64,000 nucleotides of DNA from the human T2T-CHM13v2.0 reference genome, Homo sapiens. Both the position numbers and the translations under genes were made by a program. Shown here piece after piece: positions 1 through 19,210 of this stretch. A model generated the notes under the pieces. That model saw nothing but the letters and a program-made list of their open reading frames with translations, searched no databases and was not told where the DNA came from. The number at the start of each line of letters is the position of its first letter. Position 1 is the first letter of the stretch. Location: NCBI RefSeq assembly GCF_009914755.1, contig NC_060930.1; one strand, written 5' to 3'.

Positions 1-114
1 TCAGGAACAGGTATGAGCTGAGGTATGAATGCAGAGGTTGAACCACAATGATGAATCAAAACAACTGGGAGAAGCTAGAGGTGTCTGAAATGAAGCCCTA
101 AGTAATGTACCTAC

Positions 115-412
<298 letters not shown>

Positions 413-1014
413 CCCTGAGTAATATACCTACATTTAAGGGGCAGGTCATGAAACAAGAAGCAGTGAAACTAAATAGACCAGAGAAACAAGGAAGAAATAG
501 TATTGTGGGAACCAACAGAAAAATAAGTTTTAATTAGGAGGGGGTGGTTACTTGTGGAGTTCTGTGAAACGTCAAGAAAGGAACTCCTAAAAACCAAGCA
601 GCTTGGTCAGGTGGTCATTGGCAGCATTGCAGGACTCTTTCAGGGGCATGGTAGGGGTGGAAACCAGGTTATAGTGCACTATGATGTGGTCAGAAGATGG
701 GGAAATGGCAGTGTTTTCTTTGAATTGTTTTTCTAGTAGAATAGATGCTTCACCATTTCATCTACTCTCTGGTTGGTCTGTTACTCCTAGAGATGTAGGT
801 CACCCACCCTTTGGAAAACAATTGGCTGGGCTTAAATAGCGCAAGCCTTGGACTTTGAAAAAATGTTCCTCTTTTCAATGATAACTGGCTTCTACAGCCT
901 TTGTCTGGAGGCTTAATCTGCCCATCAGAACCTTAACCAACTGAGTGAGAGATTTAGATGCACAGTGTAGTAATGGAATGGCTGTATGAAATATAAATAA
1001 GACAGGATCCTTAA

Positions 1015-1284
<270 letters not shown>

Positions 1285-1473
1285 TAGGGTACATGTGCAT
1301 ATTGTGCAGGTTAGTTACATATGTATACATGTGCCATGCTGGTGCGCTGCACCCACTAACTCGTCATCTAGCATTAGGTATATCTCCCAATGCTATCCCT
1401 CCCCCCTCCCCCCACCCCACCACAGTCCCCAGAGTGTGATATTCCCCTTCCTGTGTCCATGTGATCTCATTGT

Positions 1474-5329
<3,856 letters not shown>

Positions 5330-5365
5330 TTAGTTGATGCAGTTTCTTCCTAGTCTCGATGGTCT

Positions 5366-6382
5366 TTACATTTTGGCATGATTTTGCAGTGGCTGGTACC
5401 GGTTGTTCCTTTCCATGTTTAGTGCTTCCTTCAGGAGCTCTTTTAGGGCAGGCCTGGTGGTGACAAAATCTCTCAGCATTTGCTTGTCTGTAAAGTATTT
5501 TATTTCTCCTTCACTTATGAAGTTTAGTTTGGCTGGATATGAAATTCTGGGTTGAAAATTCTTTTCTTTAAGAATGTTGAATATTGGCCCCCACTCTCTT
5601 CTGGCTTGTAGGGTTTCTGCCGAGAGATCCGCTGTTAGTCTGATGGGCTTCCCTTTGAGGGTAACCCGACCTTTCTCTCTGGCTGCCCTTAACATTTTTT
5701 CCTTCATTTCAACTTTGGTGAATCTGACAATTATGTGTCTTGGAGTTGCTCTTCTCGAGGAGTATCTTTGTGGCGTTCTCTGTATTTCCTGAATCTGAAC
5801 GTTGGCCTGCCTTGCTAGATTGGGGAAGTTCTCCTGGATAATATCCTGCAGAGTGTTTTCCAACTTGGTTCCATTCTCCCTGTCACTTTCAGGTACACCA
5901 ATCAGACGTAGATTTGGTCTTTTCACATAGTCTCATATTTATTGGAGGCTTTGCTCATTTCTTTTTATTCTTTTTTCTCTAAACTTCCCTTCTTGCTTCA
6001 TTTCATTCATTTCATCTTCCATTGCTGATACCCTTTCTTCCAGTTGATCGCATCGGCTCCTGAGGCTTCTGCATTCTTCACGTAGTTCTTGAGCCTTGGT
6101 TTTCAGCTCCATCAGCTCCTTTAAGCACTTCTCTGTATTGGTTATTCTAGTTATACATTCTTCTAAATTTTTTTCAAAGTTTTCAACTTCTTTGCCTTTG
6201 GTTTGAATGTCCTCCCGTAGCTCAGAGTAATTTGATTGTCTGAAGCCTTCTTCTCTCAGCTCGTCAAAGTCATTCTCCATCCAGCTTTGTTCCGTTGCTG
6301 GTGAGCAACTGTGTTCCTCTGGAGGAGGAGAGGCGCTCTGCGTTTTAGAGTTTCCAGTTTTTCTGTTCTGTTTTTTCCCCAT
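5366..6382 (-). pseudogene. L1 ORF1p, disrupted
   Basis: MGKKQNRKTGNSK...; stops TAA (5939-5941) and TGA (5933-5935) replace E and W of SLQEIWDY. Confidence 0.95.
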
Positions 6383-7289
6383 CTTTGTGGTTTTATCTAC
6401 TTTTGGTCTTTGATGATGGTGATGTACAGATGGGTTTTTGGTGTGGATGTTCTTTCTGTTCGTTAGTTTTCCTTCTAACAGACAGGACCCTCAGCTGCAG
6501 GTCTGTTGGAATACCCTGCCGTGTGAGGTGTCAGTGTGCCCCTGCTGGGGGGTGCCTCCCAGTTAGGCTGCTCGGGGGTCAGGGGTCAGGGACCCACTTG
6601 AGGAGGCAGTCTGCCCGTTCTCAGATCTCCAGCTGCGTGCTGGGAGAACCACTGCTCTCTTCAAAGCTGTCGGACAGGGACATTTAAGTCTGCAGAGGTT
6701 ACTGCTGTCTTTTTGTTTGTCTGTGCCCTGCCCCCAGAGGTGGAGCCTACAGAGGCAGGCAGGCCTCCTTGAGCTGTGGTGGGCTCCGCCCAGTTCGAGC
6801 TTCCCGGCTGCTTTGTTTACCTAAGCAAGCCTGGGCAATGGCGGGCGCCCCTCCCCCGGCCTCGCTGCCGCCTTGCAGTTTGATCTCAGACTGCTGTGCT
6901 AGCAATCAGCGAGACTCCGTGGGCGTAGGACCCTCCGAGCCAGGTGCGGGATATCATCTCGTCGTGCGCCGTTTTTTAAGCCGGTCCGAAAGGCGCAATA
7001 TTCGGGTGGGAGTGACCCGATTTTCCAGGTGCGTCTGTCACCCCTTTCTTTGACTCGGAAAGGGAACTCCCTGACCCCTTGCGCTTCCCAAGTGAGGCAA
7101 TGCCTCGCCCTGCTTCTGCTCGCGCACGGTGCGTGCACCCACTGACCTGCGCCCACTGTCTGGCACTCCCTAGTGAGATGAACCCAGTACCTCAGATGGA
7201 AATGCAGAAATCACCCGTCTTCTGCGTCGCTCACGCTGGGAGCTGTAGACCGGAGCTGTTCCTATTCGGCCATCTTGGCTCCTCTTCCC
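6383..7289. promoter_or_regulatory. L1 5'UTR CpG-rich bidirectional promoter
   Basis: Complete 5'UTR with YY1-type AAGATGGC core near the 5' end and many retained CpGs. Confidence 0.75.
6838..7053 (+). CDS. L1 ORF0 (71 aa), intact, downstream of the L1 antisense promoter
   Basis: MAGAPPPASLPPCSLISDCCASNQRDSVGVGPSEPG...RFSRCVCHPFL*; internal donors CAG|gtgcgg (6943) and CAG|gtgcgt (7028). Confidence 0.85.
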   Translation: MAGAPPPASLPPCSLISDCCASNQRDSVGVGPSEPGAGYHLVVRRFLSRSERRNIRVGVTRFSRCVCHPFL

Positions 7290-8634
7290 TTTTTTTTTAT
7301 TTTTTAGTAGAGACAAGATTTCACCATGTTAGCCAGGATGGTCTCAATGTCCTGACCTCGTGATCCACCCGCCTCAGCCTCCCAAAGTGCTGGGATTACA
7401 GGCGTGAGCCATCATGCCCGGCCTAGGCATGAATTTTAAACAGCACCCCCACTTTCTGTACTCTCTCTCCCTACCTTCCCTTTCAATGCCTCTGGGCCTC
7501 CTTTGGAGGCGCCCGGCAGGACTCAATGGCAATAGAAGAGGAGGAAGGCAGAGAAGACTGAAAAACGAACCAATTTCTCCACACTTCATCTTAGGATTCA
7601 TTCTGTGGTAAGGTGTCGGGATTGTCCACTAGTTCCTTCTATGGTAAATGAAACTATTTTGACTTAAAAACATTTGGTGAAAATATCTCCCTCATTTCTA
7701 TCCTGAGAATAAATTCCCTGTAGAAACTGAGCTATCAGTGCGAAAAGTGTAAAATATGGCCAAGTCAGAAATTTTGTCAAAAGAGCCTATTTTTAATGGA
7801 TAAGCCAGATTTCTATCTAAAGTAGTTGATTTGCCCTGGTACTATTTCTACAGCCAAGTTTCCTCAGCTGTTTTTGATTGTTAAATATATTGGTATCACT
7901 AGGGTTAAGAATTGCTTGAACATATTGGGTTCTTTTAAATCCTTAAAATAACCATATTATGTATGAAGGCTCATAAAATTAGAGCTGGTAGAAACTTAGG
8001 TAGATCAAGGGATTCTTAGAAAAGTCAGTTATCAGCTGTACCAGCTCCGAAGTGACACTGTACCATCTGCTAAGTCTTTCTACAGCTACTGAAGGACACA
8101 TGTACTGGATAAAAAGATCATTCCTTAGAAAAGCCAAAAAGAAAATTTCCTGTGCTAAGTTGGGTCTAGCAAAGATTTTCTGTTTTGCACTTTCATTTGA
8201 CCTAAAATACTATTTTAGAAGTTTTTTAAATCCCAGAAATAAAAAATTTGAAGTAAAAAGAATATAAACACAGTAAGGTTTGAGATTATTTATTTTGTCT
8301 ATTTTCCCATTTTCTCCAATATTTTGTGCTTACCATCAGCATGCATCACATATTTTCTTGCCTGAGAGTTGGCCCTTGACACACACAGGTGACATTTGAC
8401 AGACTGGGAAGACTTCTTAAACAAATACCAGCCCAGAGTTGAAATGGAAATGGGCCAGTTAGCAAACAGATAATAAATAGAACCCATGAGGCAGAAAGAT
8501 CTTGGCCCCATCCCTGTTGGGAAAGAATTCATAATAAAATTATGCAACGGTCTGAGAGCCTCTCGAGGTTGAGCACAAAGCTTGAAGAAGCTTCATCAAT
8601 TTAAAAAGAGAGCCACAGTTTCTTTCCCCACAGT

Positions 8635-8756
8635 TAGGTTTACCAGATAAAATAGTGCAATATTTGGGACATACTTATACTAAAAAAGTATTTTTTTTTT
8701 GAAATTCAAATTTGACTAAATGTTCTATATTTTTACTTGCTAAATCTGACAGCCCT
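8635..8756. mobile_element. MER53-like hAT MITE, internally deleted
   Basis: ends taggtttaccagat / atctgacagccct; internal tatttgggacatacttatactaaaaaa. Confidence 0.65.
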
Positions 8757-10484
8757 ATCAATAACAATAAAATGGCAATTTAGCATGGGCCTCTACAATC
8801 TGGTATCATCAGGTTGGAATCACCACCCAGAACCTTTCCTCCACCCCCAACTCCCCACAAACTCCTCCTGCTAAATAACCAAACAATTGGACTCTTTGTG
8901 CAAAAACAGGTCAAGGAAGTATAAATACGATAAATCAGCTTCTGGGATTGCCCTGGCCCAGCTAAAAAAGGTTCAAGTGAGTCCAGAATGGTTAGGGAAG
9001 TAATTGTTTCTTTCCTAATCTTCACCTGGGGCTACTGAGGGACACCCTTCTTACCCCCATCCAGTCATTCTTCCTTCATTTCTGTGTTGTCTTCTGCTAT
9101 GTAATAATTGAGCGTTATTATAGAGCAGAGGTTGGTGGATGGAACAAGGTAACCAAGATCACTCAGCTGGCCTCATTTTCCCTAGGGCTCATTTAAAGGC
9201 AAGGATGGTCTCCACCTTCCCTCACTTTGCACTCTTGATGTGTGAGTTTCTGACTTGTGAAGCATCTCTGTGACCTGAGCTTTTAGTTTCCTTTGGTGTT
9301 TCCCTTTTCATACTAAGGTTGATCCAAGGTCCCTTATACCCAAAGGATAGCCTACAAAACCAGGTGCTGAATAAAGTGCTTCAGGCTCTTCCTCCTTGAG
9401 CCTTAGCATTGGGTCTCCATAATAAAGTATCTCTTAATAAAGCAGTATTTGATTCCTAGTGTGCTATTCATTCTCAAGGGTTCAACTCTTTTGTGTAGAG
9501 GAGGAAAAACTTTTTCCTCTGCCTTCTTAGATTGAGTGCCTGGGCCCTGAAAATGAAACTGACAAAAGACAGATTAACAGGAGAAGGGATTTATTATGTA
9601 CTGTACACATCAGAGCTACTTATCTTGCCCTAGGGTCCCAATTGGGAATTCCAACCCAGTGATCTCTGAAGAGCATTTTCTGATTAGCATCATGATTAAT
9701 CACACACAAATAGAATTTACACACAGAACAGGAATTCCTTAAGCTCACAGACAAATGTAAAAGCAAAATCAACAGGCATCTCTTTCTGAATTCCCACACT
9801 AAGAACCCTCTTCAGCAGTTAGTGTCTGGAAGCTTTTCTGGGTTTTTAGAAAAGACTTGTGAACTCCACTAAAACAGATGCTCCACTGGGGTTTTGGACA
9901 CTTGATGTCTTGGAGAGTTCTGTTTATAAGGCCCAACCTAGAGGAGTTGAGTCTGGGATAAATCACTTTGTATATAGGAAGCACATTTACCCTCAGCCTT
10001 CCATTCTACCACCTGTATCATTTTTGTGTAGGTGAAGTATGAACAAACTATTAAAGAGGAGGAGTCAAAAGCGGGGCTGAGACTGTAGAAGTCAGGCGAC
10101 CACCTACCTAGCTTTGGTGATGGAATAAAATGGAAGAAGGAGAATGAGTCCTTGGAGAAAGGTGTTGGAGATAAATACATTTAAGTGTCTTAATGTGTTG
10201 TCTCATTGGAGCTAATAATTATTATATATGATAATTACATAACCCCTTTTTATTTGTGGAGACCAGAGGAAGAGGGGATGGAAGCAGGAACTCAAACTCA
10301 AGTCTAGGTCTGGCTCCAAAGCATGTGTTCTTTCCCTTTCCCTCTCTAACTCTGTCTGTAGGTTTACTAGCTGCACTGCATTGTATTGGTACTGCATCTG
10401 CCCACAGTACGATGGGGCCTCCCGTCGCTCTGCTGGGCCCCAAGGCTGCCTCTGCTGATCCCTGACTACCAACCTTATTTGCAG

Positions 10485-10685
10485 CTTCTTGACAGTTACT
10501 TTGAAGCCTACCAGCACACGTTGGACCCTGAGGAGAGGTTTACCTTAGCACAAGTGATGACGGACATCGTGCACCGACGCCCGAGGTTTGATCTCAGCCA
10601 CCCCTATTTCATTAAGGCCTACCAAGAGGAATGCACCTGCCTGAGGCTTCACCTGCAGTTAGTGAGGGGCATCCTCAACCAGCAG
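10485..10685 (+). pseudogene. CCDC162P: CCDC162P exon (phase 0-0) LLDSYFEAYQHTLDPEERF...RGILNQQ
   Basis: ctgac branch-like motif, tatttgcag acceptor, CAG|gtgagt donor, 201 nt open frame. Confidence 0.8.
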
Positions 10686-11407
10686 GTGAGTGTAGTTGGG
10701 TTTTAAAAGACTGCATGTGAGAAGAGGATGGAAAACACAGGCCAGAAATGAAAATAGTGTTTTCCTTCCATTGCAGATCTGGAATCTGTGTTTTCTAGGC
10801 CAGCATGTACAGCAGACTTATTTGTAAGCTCATTTGCATTGTTGAAATCCCAGTATAACTATGGTCTTAAAGAGAGATTTCCGCCCCTAATTAGAGTTAA
10901 TAGTCCACAAGGAATTGATGACCTTAGTTTTCATTAGATCGCGAAGTTTATTTGTAGTGAAAGGAGAACTAATGATATATCTTTTTGACATTAATGTATA
11001 AAATTGTGTTTATTTTTTAAAAAGTGTGATTATTTTTGGGACACTGAAAGAAACCATCATATTGTATGTCCTCTAGGGAAACGCTAATGGCTTGAAGCAA
11101 ACAAGAGACAAAGGATTATTGCCACCTGGTTGAAATTTTTTCCATGTAGTCAACTATTTAACAGAAAGATTTCTCTTTTGCTTCTTAAAATTGTCTGAAG
11201 TCAGTTGCCTTTGCTTCCCTTGGCTGTCTGGCTCAGACTGAGAAACCAGCCCATTGCAAAAGAGTCTTCAAAACAATGTCGGGGTGAAAATTAGTCAAAT
11301 GATGAAGAGACACAAAGGGACAAAATCCTTCTCATGTCAAGGCTTATAACTCATGGCCGTGGGAAAGTTTAACTTTTCTAATTTTAATATTTATGCTACA
11401 TTTTTAG

Positions 11408-11529
11408 ATAGAACGTCAGCGGGAGTATGTCCAGAGGCTTTGGCGAGAGGATCATCTGGACAATAGCAATACATTTGGACTTCCCCTTAATATAGTTTGC
11501 AAACAACTTATTTCCATCAACAATAGCTG
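11408..11529 (+). pseudogene. CCDC162P: CCDC162P exon (0-2) IERQREYVQRLWREDH...ISINNS
   Basis: tttttag acceptor, TG|gtaagt donor, 122 nt open, phase fits neighbours. Confidence 0.85.
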
Positions 11530-13024
11530 GTAAGTTGATGTTGTCTTTAGACATTTTACATGTGATCTTCTAGATTAATTAAGGGTAGAGTGTTAAATCT
11601 CAGTACTACTCTATAAAGCACTTCTCAAGTGCTTGGGGGAGATGAAAGAAGTAGGTACAAAGGCCACGAAGGAGGGATTCCCTTGTATATTGAATATCTG
11701 TTTGTTTTGTGAATAATAAAGAATAGGAGGCTAGAATTTAAGCATATGCCACTGGGTACAGAATCATTATTCTCTTGAAAAGGCCTGGGGAAAAAGCAGT
11801 TACTCTTGAGATGCTGTCAGGATTTAACCAGATGCACCACACGAGCCTACACATATAAAACTTGGATGTGCTTAAAAGCTTCTTAAAAAGGAATTTAAGT
11901 GTACTAAAGAGGTTTCTGCAGATTTGCCTTGGAGGGTCACAGCAGAGTTAAATTTAAGGAACAGAGTTAAATTTCCTGTGACCACTCAGAGAGGGTACAC
12001 ACTTTGTCACCCCCTAGATAGGCAGCATAACCATCTACCTCATTCCCTTTTAACCTTTGAGGGTAGAGGAAAGTGGGAAGCAGGTGACAAGCCCCAGGTT
12101 GATCTGCGTGGCTCTAGATCATAATCTCTCAATTGCCTCCAAATGGGTGGAGAAATTACATACTTCCTTTCAACAACCAACAGATATTTGTTTAGCACAC
12201 AGATATGAACAACACAGGCATGGTTCTATGTTCCTGTGAGGTATACAGTCCAACAGTAAAGGCAGACTTTGTGTAAGAAATTGCCATAATGGGTTATGGT
12301 ATTATCTTGGGAGCAGGCAGGGCATCACGGGACCAAATAGGGGAGATTCTCATTTTTTGAGAAAGAGCCCCGGGCTCAAAACTCTGCATTTTCCCCATAG
12401 ACCTTCCACAGGACTGATTTCTTCTCTGTAATAAACTTGAGACACCAGCTGTGTGTGTGCAGCTTGCTATGGCAAACATTTACTGTTCAGGAAATGGTTT
12501 TTGGCAGAACAGGCTAGGGTTATATGGATACTAAAACCTGCCAGAATAGTCTCAAAAGCAAGTATTATTTGCTTGGTGAGATTCCTTTCCAGACTTTAGG
12601 CTGTTTTTTGTTTTTTGTTTTTTTTTTTAAAGATTCGGGACTAAGAAAGATACCATTTGCATCAATGTAAAGGGAGTTACAATGTTCTTCAGTTCTGTGT
12701 AGGTATAGAAGGACCCTCGACTTGTGCTGAACCCTTTATATCTAAAGAAATAACCCACAGATGAGTTTTTTTTTTTTGCTTCTGGCCTCATCCATTTATG
12801 AAATATAACACCCTTACAGTCAATTTGAATGATTCCAGCAGTTACATACAGCATTTAAAAATTGTCTTTGTCCATTAACATTCTAGGAGAGCAGAGATAA
12901 AGATTCAGATGAAAAATAGAAACTAATAACCATGGAAATTATTTGTTTTTTATGTAGTCACTTTTGAGCTATTTTGTTATATATTTGAGTAAATATTGAT
13001 TATTGACAGTTTTGCTGTATAGTC

Positions 13025-13322
13025 TTTTTTTTTTTTTTTTTGAGACGGAGTCTCTCTCTGTCACCCAGGCTGGAGTGCAGTGGCGCAATCTCGGCTCACT
13101 GCAGGCTCCGCCTCCCGGTTCACGCCATTCTCCTGCCTCAGCCCCCTGCGTAGCTGGGACTATAGGCGCCCGCCACCACGCCTGGCTAATTTTTTTTGTA
13201 TTTTTAGTAGAGACGGGGTTTCACCGTGTTAGCCAGGATGGTCTCGATCTCCTGACCTCGTAATCCGCCCGCCCGGCCTCCCAAAGTGCTGGGATTACAA
13301 GTGTGAGCCACTGTGCCCGGCC
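13025..13322 (-). mobile_element. AluY
   Basis: AluY diagnostics, CpG-rich, TSD ctgtatagtctt on both sides. Confidence 0.95.
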
Positions 13323-13582
13323 TGTATAGTCTTATTCTTATTGAGCTTCTAGAATATACATCTGTGTCTTTCCGTTTTGAAAGGTTCACATTAAACAAAG
13401 AACATGTCATGCAACCCTGTTGGTTCTCATACTCTGAGGTCCCTCTGAGCTCTCAGTTTTTCATAATGCACTGGACATATAGAAGCTGTTTTATTGGTCT
13501 TTAAAAATATAAAATTCAAATATCTTCGGAAACAGATTAAGTTTGTTGTGTAAAATTGTCATTTGTTGTTCTTTTCTTCAAG

Positions 13583-13811
13583 CCCAGCTTCAAAAAATGT
13601 TTATCTGCTGGAGTTCCACCCTTCCCTCAGCCTGGCAGCACTTATCCCCAAAGCCCTAGAGCATCTCTTCCAAGAGGCCTGCCATGCCTGCAGACCCACA
13701 TCAGCCAGTGGCCTTGCCTCCCTGGAGCGACATGTCCTGCAGCTGGCCCTGGACCTGTGGCTCACCCCAGCCACGCCTGAGGCCTGGTACAGTACACAGC
13801 TCCAGAAAGAT
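13583..13811 (+). pseudogene. CCDC162P: CCDC162P exon (2-0) PASKNVYLLEFHPSL...STQLQKD
   Basis: ttcttcaag acceptor, GAT|gtaagt donor, 229 nt. Confidence 0.85.
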
Positions 13812-14169
13812 GTAAGTTCTTTTTGAAGGGGGTAGTTGGGTCCTTGGCAAGGAGAATGTTTTTTTCCAGGTGTTACTATTTAGCTTTGTTTTTCTGTTTG
13901 GCTCTATTCCCCCATTATTTGGCTAGAGACAGAGCTCAGTCATAGGCCTTGTCAACATTTTTATGTCATTTTTTGGGGGATTGGGTCAAAGTTTCTCATT
14001 TATAAACATACTGCTACAATTAAAATTTAAAAGGTGATATACATGGGTATGTGGGAAATGTTTTCTGGTTTATTATTTATATTTTAACAAATACATTTTA
14101 ATTAAAAATGATATATTTTCTTTCCACTAAGACACTTCCTAAATGTGTTCTTTTTGTCAAGATCTGGTA

Positions 14170-14370
14170 GAAGACAGAAAGCACTGAGTAAGGAGTCAGG
14201 GATCTGAATTCAAGTTCAGTCCTGCCATTAACTTGCTGTGTGACTCTGAGCATATATCTTAGCCTCTCTGACCTCACTTTCCTTTTTTTGTAAAACTATG
14301 TTTGTGTACTTGGTAGGGGAGGTAGGTGGAGGTGAGCTCGATGATCTCTGAAGCCCCTTTCAGCTCTACT
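14170..14370. mobile_element. MIR fragment
   Basis: core ctgccattaacttgctgtgtgactctgagc...ctctctgacctcactttcc. Confidence 0.65.
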
Positions 14371-15225
14371 GCTCCATGGTTAAAATTGTGGGTTAATGAT
14401 TTATATGGTGTTTGTAGTTGGATTTTAATGATTTTCTTTTTCTGTTAAGGCTGTCAAGTTTACCCCTGGGTTTCCAATTTGACCTCATTCTGTGTGCGTT
14501 CTTGCTGTGTGACAAAGAAACTTTCATGGGCCCCCCACTGCCAAAACTGTCTGCTCTATAGGTCTGCCTTGGCCTCCTATCCCCTCCTGCCTAAAGTAAA
14601 AATTGATTTTATTTTACAGTGATCAAAATAATATAAAATCACAGAGAATTCTAGTAAAAGCAGAAAGAACAAAATTGAATTTAAACATCACCAATCAAAT
14701 GCATTCATATCATTATTTTTCTGAATTTAAGTATTGTTAATATGTGTGTTGTTCACAGCTATAACCATAGTTTTTGTCCATTGTTATTTCCTCCTCTTCT
14801 CAGTTAACATTATACTACATATTTTTCCATAACACTAACTAGTCTTTAGACTTACCTTTATGACCACATAATTCCCATATCTGATGAATAAAAACTTCTC
14901 TAATCATTTCTCTATTGATGGACATTCAAGTGGTTTCCAATTCTTCGTTTATGAAAAATGCTATAAGATATATCTTTTTACTTAAAGATTTTTCCATATT
15001 TTGAATTGATTCCTTTTGATAGGTTCTTGGAAGCAGAATTACTAAAATAAAATTTAAATATTTGGATACATATTGGCAGATTGCTTTCCAAAGAGTTGTG
15101 CCAATTTATAATGGCACTTATATATTCTGAGTACCAGTTCTGCTATACTGTGTAGTATTAGGCAAAAGTATATGATGTATGTGCGAATATACACATATAC
15201 ATAAAAAGTGGTATTATGCTGTTAA

Positions 15226-15757
<532 letters not shown>

Positions 15758-15943
15758 CCCCCATTTGTCTTTCCATTTTTTTTAACATAAACTTATTTTC
15801 ATATAGTCAAATCTATTAATCATTTTCTTTATGATTTCTTCTATCCTAAATTCAGAAAAAAAATCTTACTCCAGATATTTCATATTTGTCTTATTTGATT
15901 CTCATTTTTAAGTGCTTGGTTTTATTTTTAAAATATTTAACAC

Positions 15944-16270
15944 TGCTGGGCGCAGTGGCTCGCAAGTGTAATTCCAGCACTTTGAGAGGCCATGGTGGAC
16001 AGATCACTTGAGGCCAGGAGTTCAAGACCAGCCTGGCCAACATGGCGAAACCCCATCTCTACCAAAAATAGAAAATTAGACGGGCATGGTGGTGGGCACC
16101 TATAATTCCAGCTACTCAGGCAGCTGAGGCAGGAGAATCACTTGAATATGGGAGGTGGAAGTTGTAGTGAGCCGAGATCGCACCACTGCACTCCAACCTG
16201 GGTGACAGAGCAAGACTCCACCTCAAAATAAATGAATAAATAAATAATAAATAAAAATAAACAAAATAAA
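15944..16270 (+). mobile_element. Alu (AluS-type)
   Basis: Alu consensus, (AAAT)n tail, TSD aaaatatttaac. Confidence 0.92.
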
Positions 16271-17190
16271 AATATTTAACTCTTTTAATATTTCACTGGA
16301 GAGAGAGAAAAAGAGAAAGAGAGTATGTGTGCATGCATCTGTGTGGTATGTGAGGTATGTATGAGTCAAAACCAAGTTTTTCCTCAAATTACCAGCAATT
16401 TATTCTGCTACCATTATTGAAGATTCTTTTCACATTGCCTTATGATACCACATTTAAAAGATGTATTTGAAATCCTTTTATAAATTATAATAAATATCTG
16501 GGATACCTGTCTAGTCTCCCATTGCTGTCACACAGTTTTATTATTTTTGAAATCTGTCCAAATTTGGACCTACAAGTGATAAATATTCAGATTAATATTT
16601 TATATTAGGTCAGAAAACGCCCTCAGAAGACATACAGGAATTTATTTAATAGGTCTATTTGTTACCACTTTGGAAAACTTTAAGAGCCTAGAAATTGCAT
16701 CCTTTAGTAGCCCAGTCCTTTGGTAGATAAGTGGATAGACAAAGGAGCCTATGTATCCTGGGGAGCCAAACCAGAGAGGCAGATTGGGGGGTCCCCAGAC
16801 TGGGTGGTTGCTGGGAGTGGTATATTCGAAGACAGCAAAGATGTTAGAGCAGAGGTACCCACCAAGGCAGGAGGGTGTTAAAGGACAATGTGGTTACTTC
16901 ACAAATCACCCAGAGCCAGCTCTGAGTGAAAGAATGCTGGAAAGGCAGTTTGGTGTACTATAAAACAGCTGAACTTGGAATTAGGAAGCCCAGATTTACT
17001 CTTGGTACTGCTTTGTGACCTTGGAAATTTTCATGTTGCTTCAGATCCCTCACTGACAAAGGGGAATAATGATACCTGTGACGCCTATTTCATAGGGATC
17101 TTGTGAAAATAAAAATGCGTTAATATATGTAAAAATACTTTGAAATTTTGAAACTGTAATTAGAGAGGTTTATTTAAAAAAAAAATTGTT

Positions 17191-17517
<327 letters not shown>

Positions 17518-17925
17518 TCAGGGACGTCTATTTCTATTTAGCTTGTCTTTGGCATAGACAAAGTATCCCCACAGTGAATATCTAGGGATTTGTTTATTTA
17601 GACTCATAACATTTATAATAATGATAACAGCAGATACTTTTGCATATGTTAACCCATTTAACCCTCTCAAGAGCCCTATTAGGAAGTTAGTATCTATTTG
17701 CATACAGTAAGGACTGTTATTATCCTGATCATCACTTTATAGATGAGAAAATTGAGAGACAGCCAAATTGAGTACATTACCAAAATCTCACAGCTTCTAA
17801 GTGGCAAAGTTAGAACTTGAGCCTAGGAAATCTGGATCCAGAGTTTGTGCCACTGACAGACAGTATATTTTTTTAATGTGAAAATTCTTCTTCTATGTTT
17901 TAAAGGATATTTTGTTTTCTTTCAG

Positions 17926-18128
17926 CTGTTTTCAGCTAAAGTTATGGGAGATCCCTTTCTCGTGGGGGAGATAGGCCTGCTGGCATTCAAGTCTGCAGCA
18001 GACGAAGGACAGAAACAAGACCAAGACTCTCACGTGCTGCTCTTGGAGATGTTTTCCAAACTTCTGGAACTCTTGACCCTCCGCCACCGGCTGATAGAAA
18101 TGAGCCTGGAGAGTGCACACTTAGCTCG
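17926..18128 (+). pseudogene. CCDC162P: CCDC162P exon (0-2) LFSAKVMGDPFLVGE...ESAHLA
   Basis: ttctttcag acceptor, CG|gtcagt donor, 203 nt. Confidence 0.85.
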
Positions 18129-19210
18129 GTCAGTGGGGGTCAGAGGACCCAGGTGGAATATAAGGTTTGCAGCAAAACATGGGGGGAAACAGGCCATGAG
18201 ACTCCCTGCCTACAAGCCTGCCCCTCTCTGCTCCCAGAGCAGCCAGAGTTTTCTAAATGGCTAACACGATCACCTTGCTCCCTTGTTCCTTCTCTCTTCC
18301 GAGCCTCCCGAAATGCCTCTCTGATCACTCAACCAGGCTAAGCCCTTCTACTGGCACCTGGGTTTCCCCTCCATTCAGCCCATTTGCTTTTACTTCATTG
18401 CTTATTATTGGTTTACTGACTTTCCTGCTAGCATAAGCTCCCTAAATACAAAAGCCCTATCCACATTCTTTACCATGACATACCATCACCTGGTATGGGG
18501 CCTGAGCCACACCAGGCACTCAGGGAATATTGGTTGAATTTGCTCCTGAATGTAATGAAATTGAATAGAAAGAGCCTAGAGATGGGAGAGAGATGAGTCA
18601 GTGACAGCATCCAGGTCAGACAGAGGTATGGCGGGCTCGGCGCATAGGAGAAAGAAATTAGCGAGTTACGTTTTAGGTATGAGAGTGAGATGATGGTAGG
18701 ACATCAAGTGGACATGTCCTACAAGCAGGAATAATATGGAACTAAAGGGTTTGTTGTAAACATGTATGAGTGCTGTAATGTTCTGGTCCCCACAAAAGGC
18801 CCTGTAGACATAGAGTCCAGTTACCTACCACCAACCATTATCAAGGGCCCGCTGTGGCCAGGGTCTTTACTGGGGACTTTATGTGTATTATTTCATTTAA
18901 TTCTCAGAATATCCTTATGAGGTAGGTTACAAACATTTTATCAGCAAGGAAATAGAGGCTCATAAAAGTTAATTTGCCTAAGAGCATATAACTAGAAAGT
19001 GTGAAGGCAGAATTTAAATTATCAGTCAAGATATTAACATCACTCTATAATTTATGATTCTTGGTGGCAGGAAGCTCATAATGTAAAAATTACCCATGAT
19101 ACATGGTAACAATGATATTCTACTGATATGTACAAAATACTAGGGGAGTACAGAAAAGAGAGTATTTCATTCTTCCTAAGTGGTCAGGGAAAGCTTCATA
19201 GAAGAGGGGC

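Noticed and set aside
9494-9600. Possible ERV LTR fragment
   Set aside because: Looks LTR-like but too short for me to assign a family or boundaries.
10362-10484. Upstream acceptor (tctgtag) or ORF 10386 as the true exon start
   Set aside because: The in-frame reading from 10362 hits TAG at once; 10485 has a branch point and acceptor and gives a phase-0 exon. It could still be a cryptic site.
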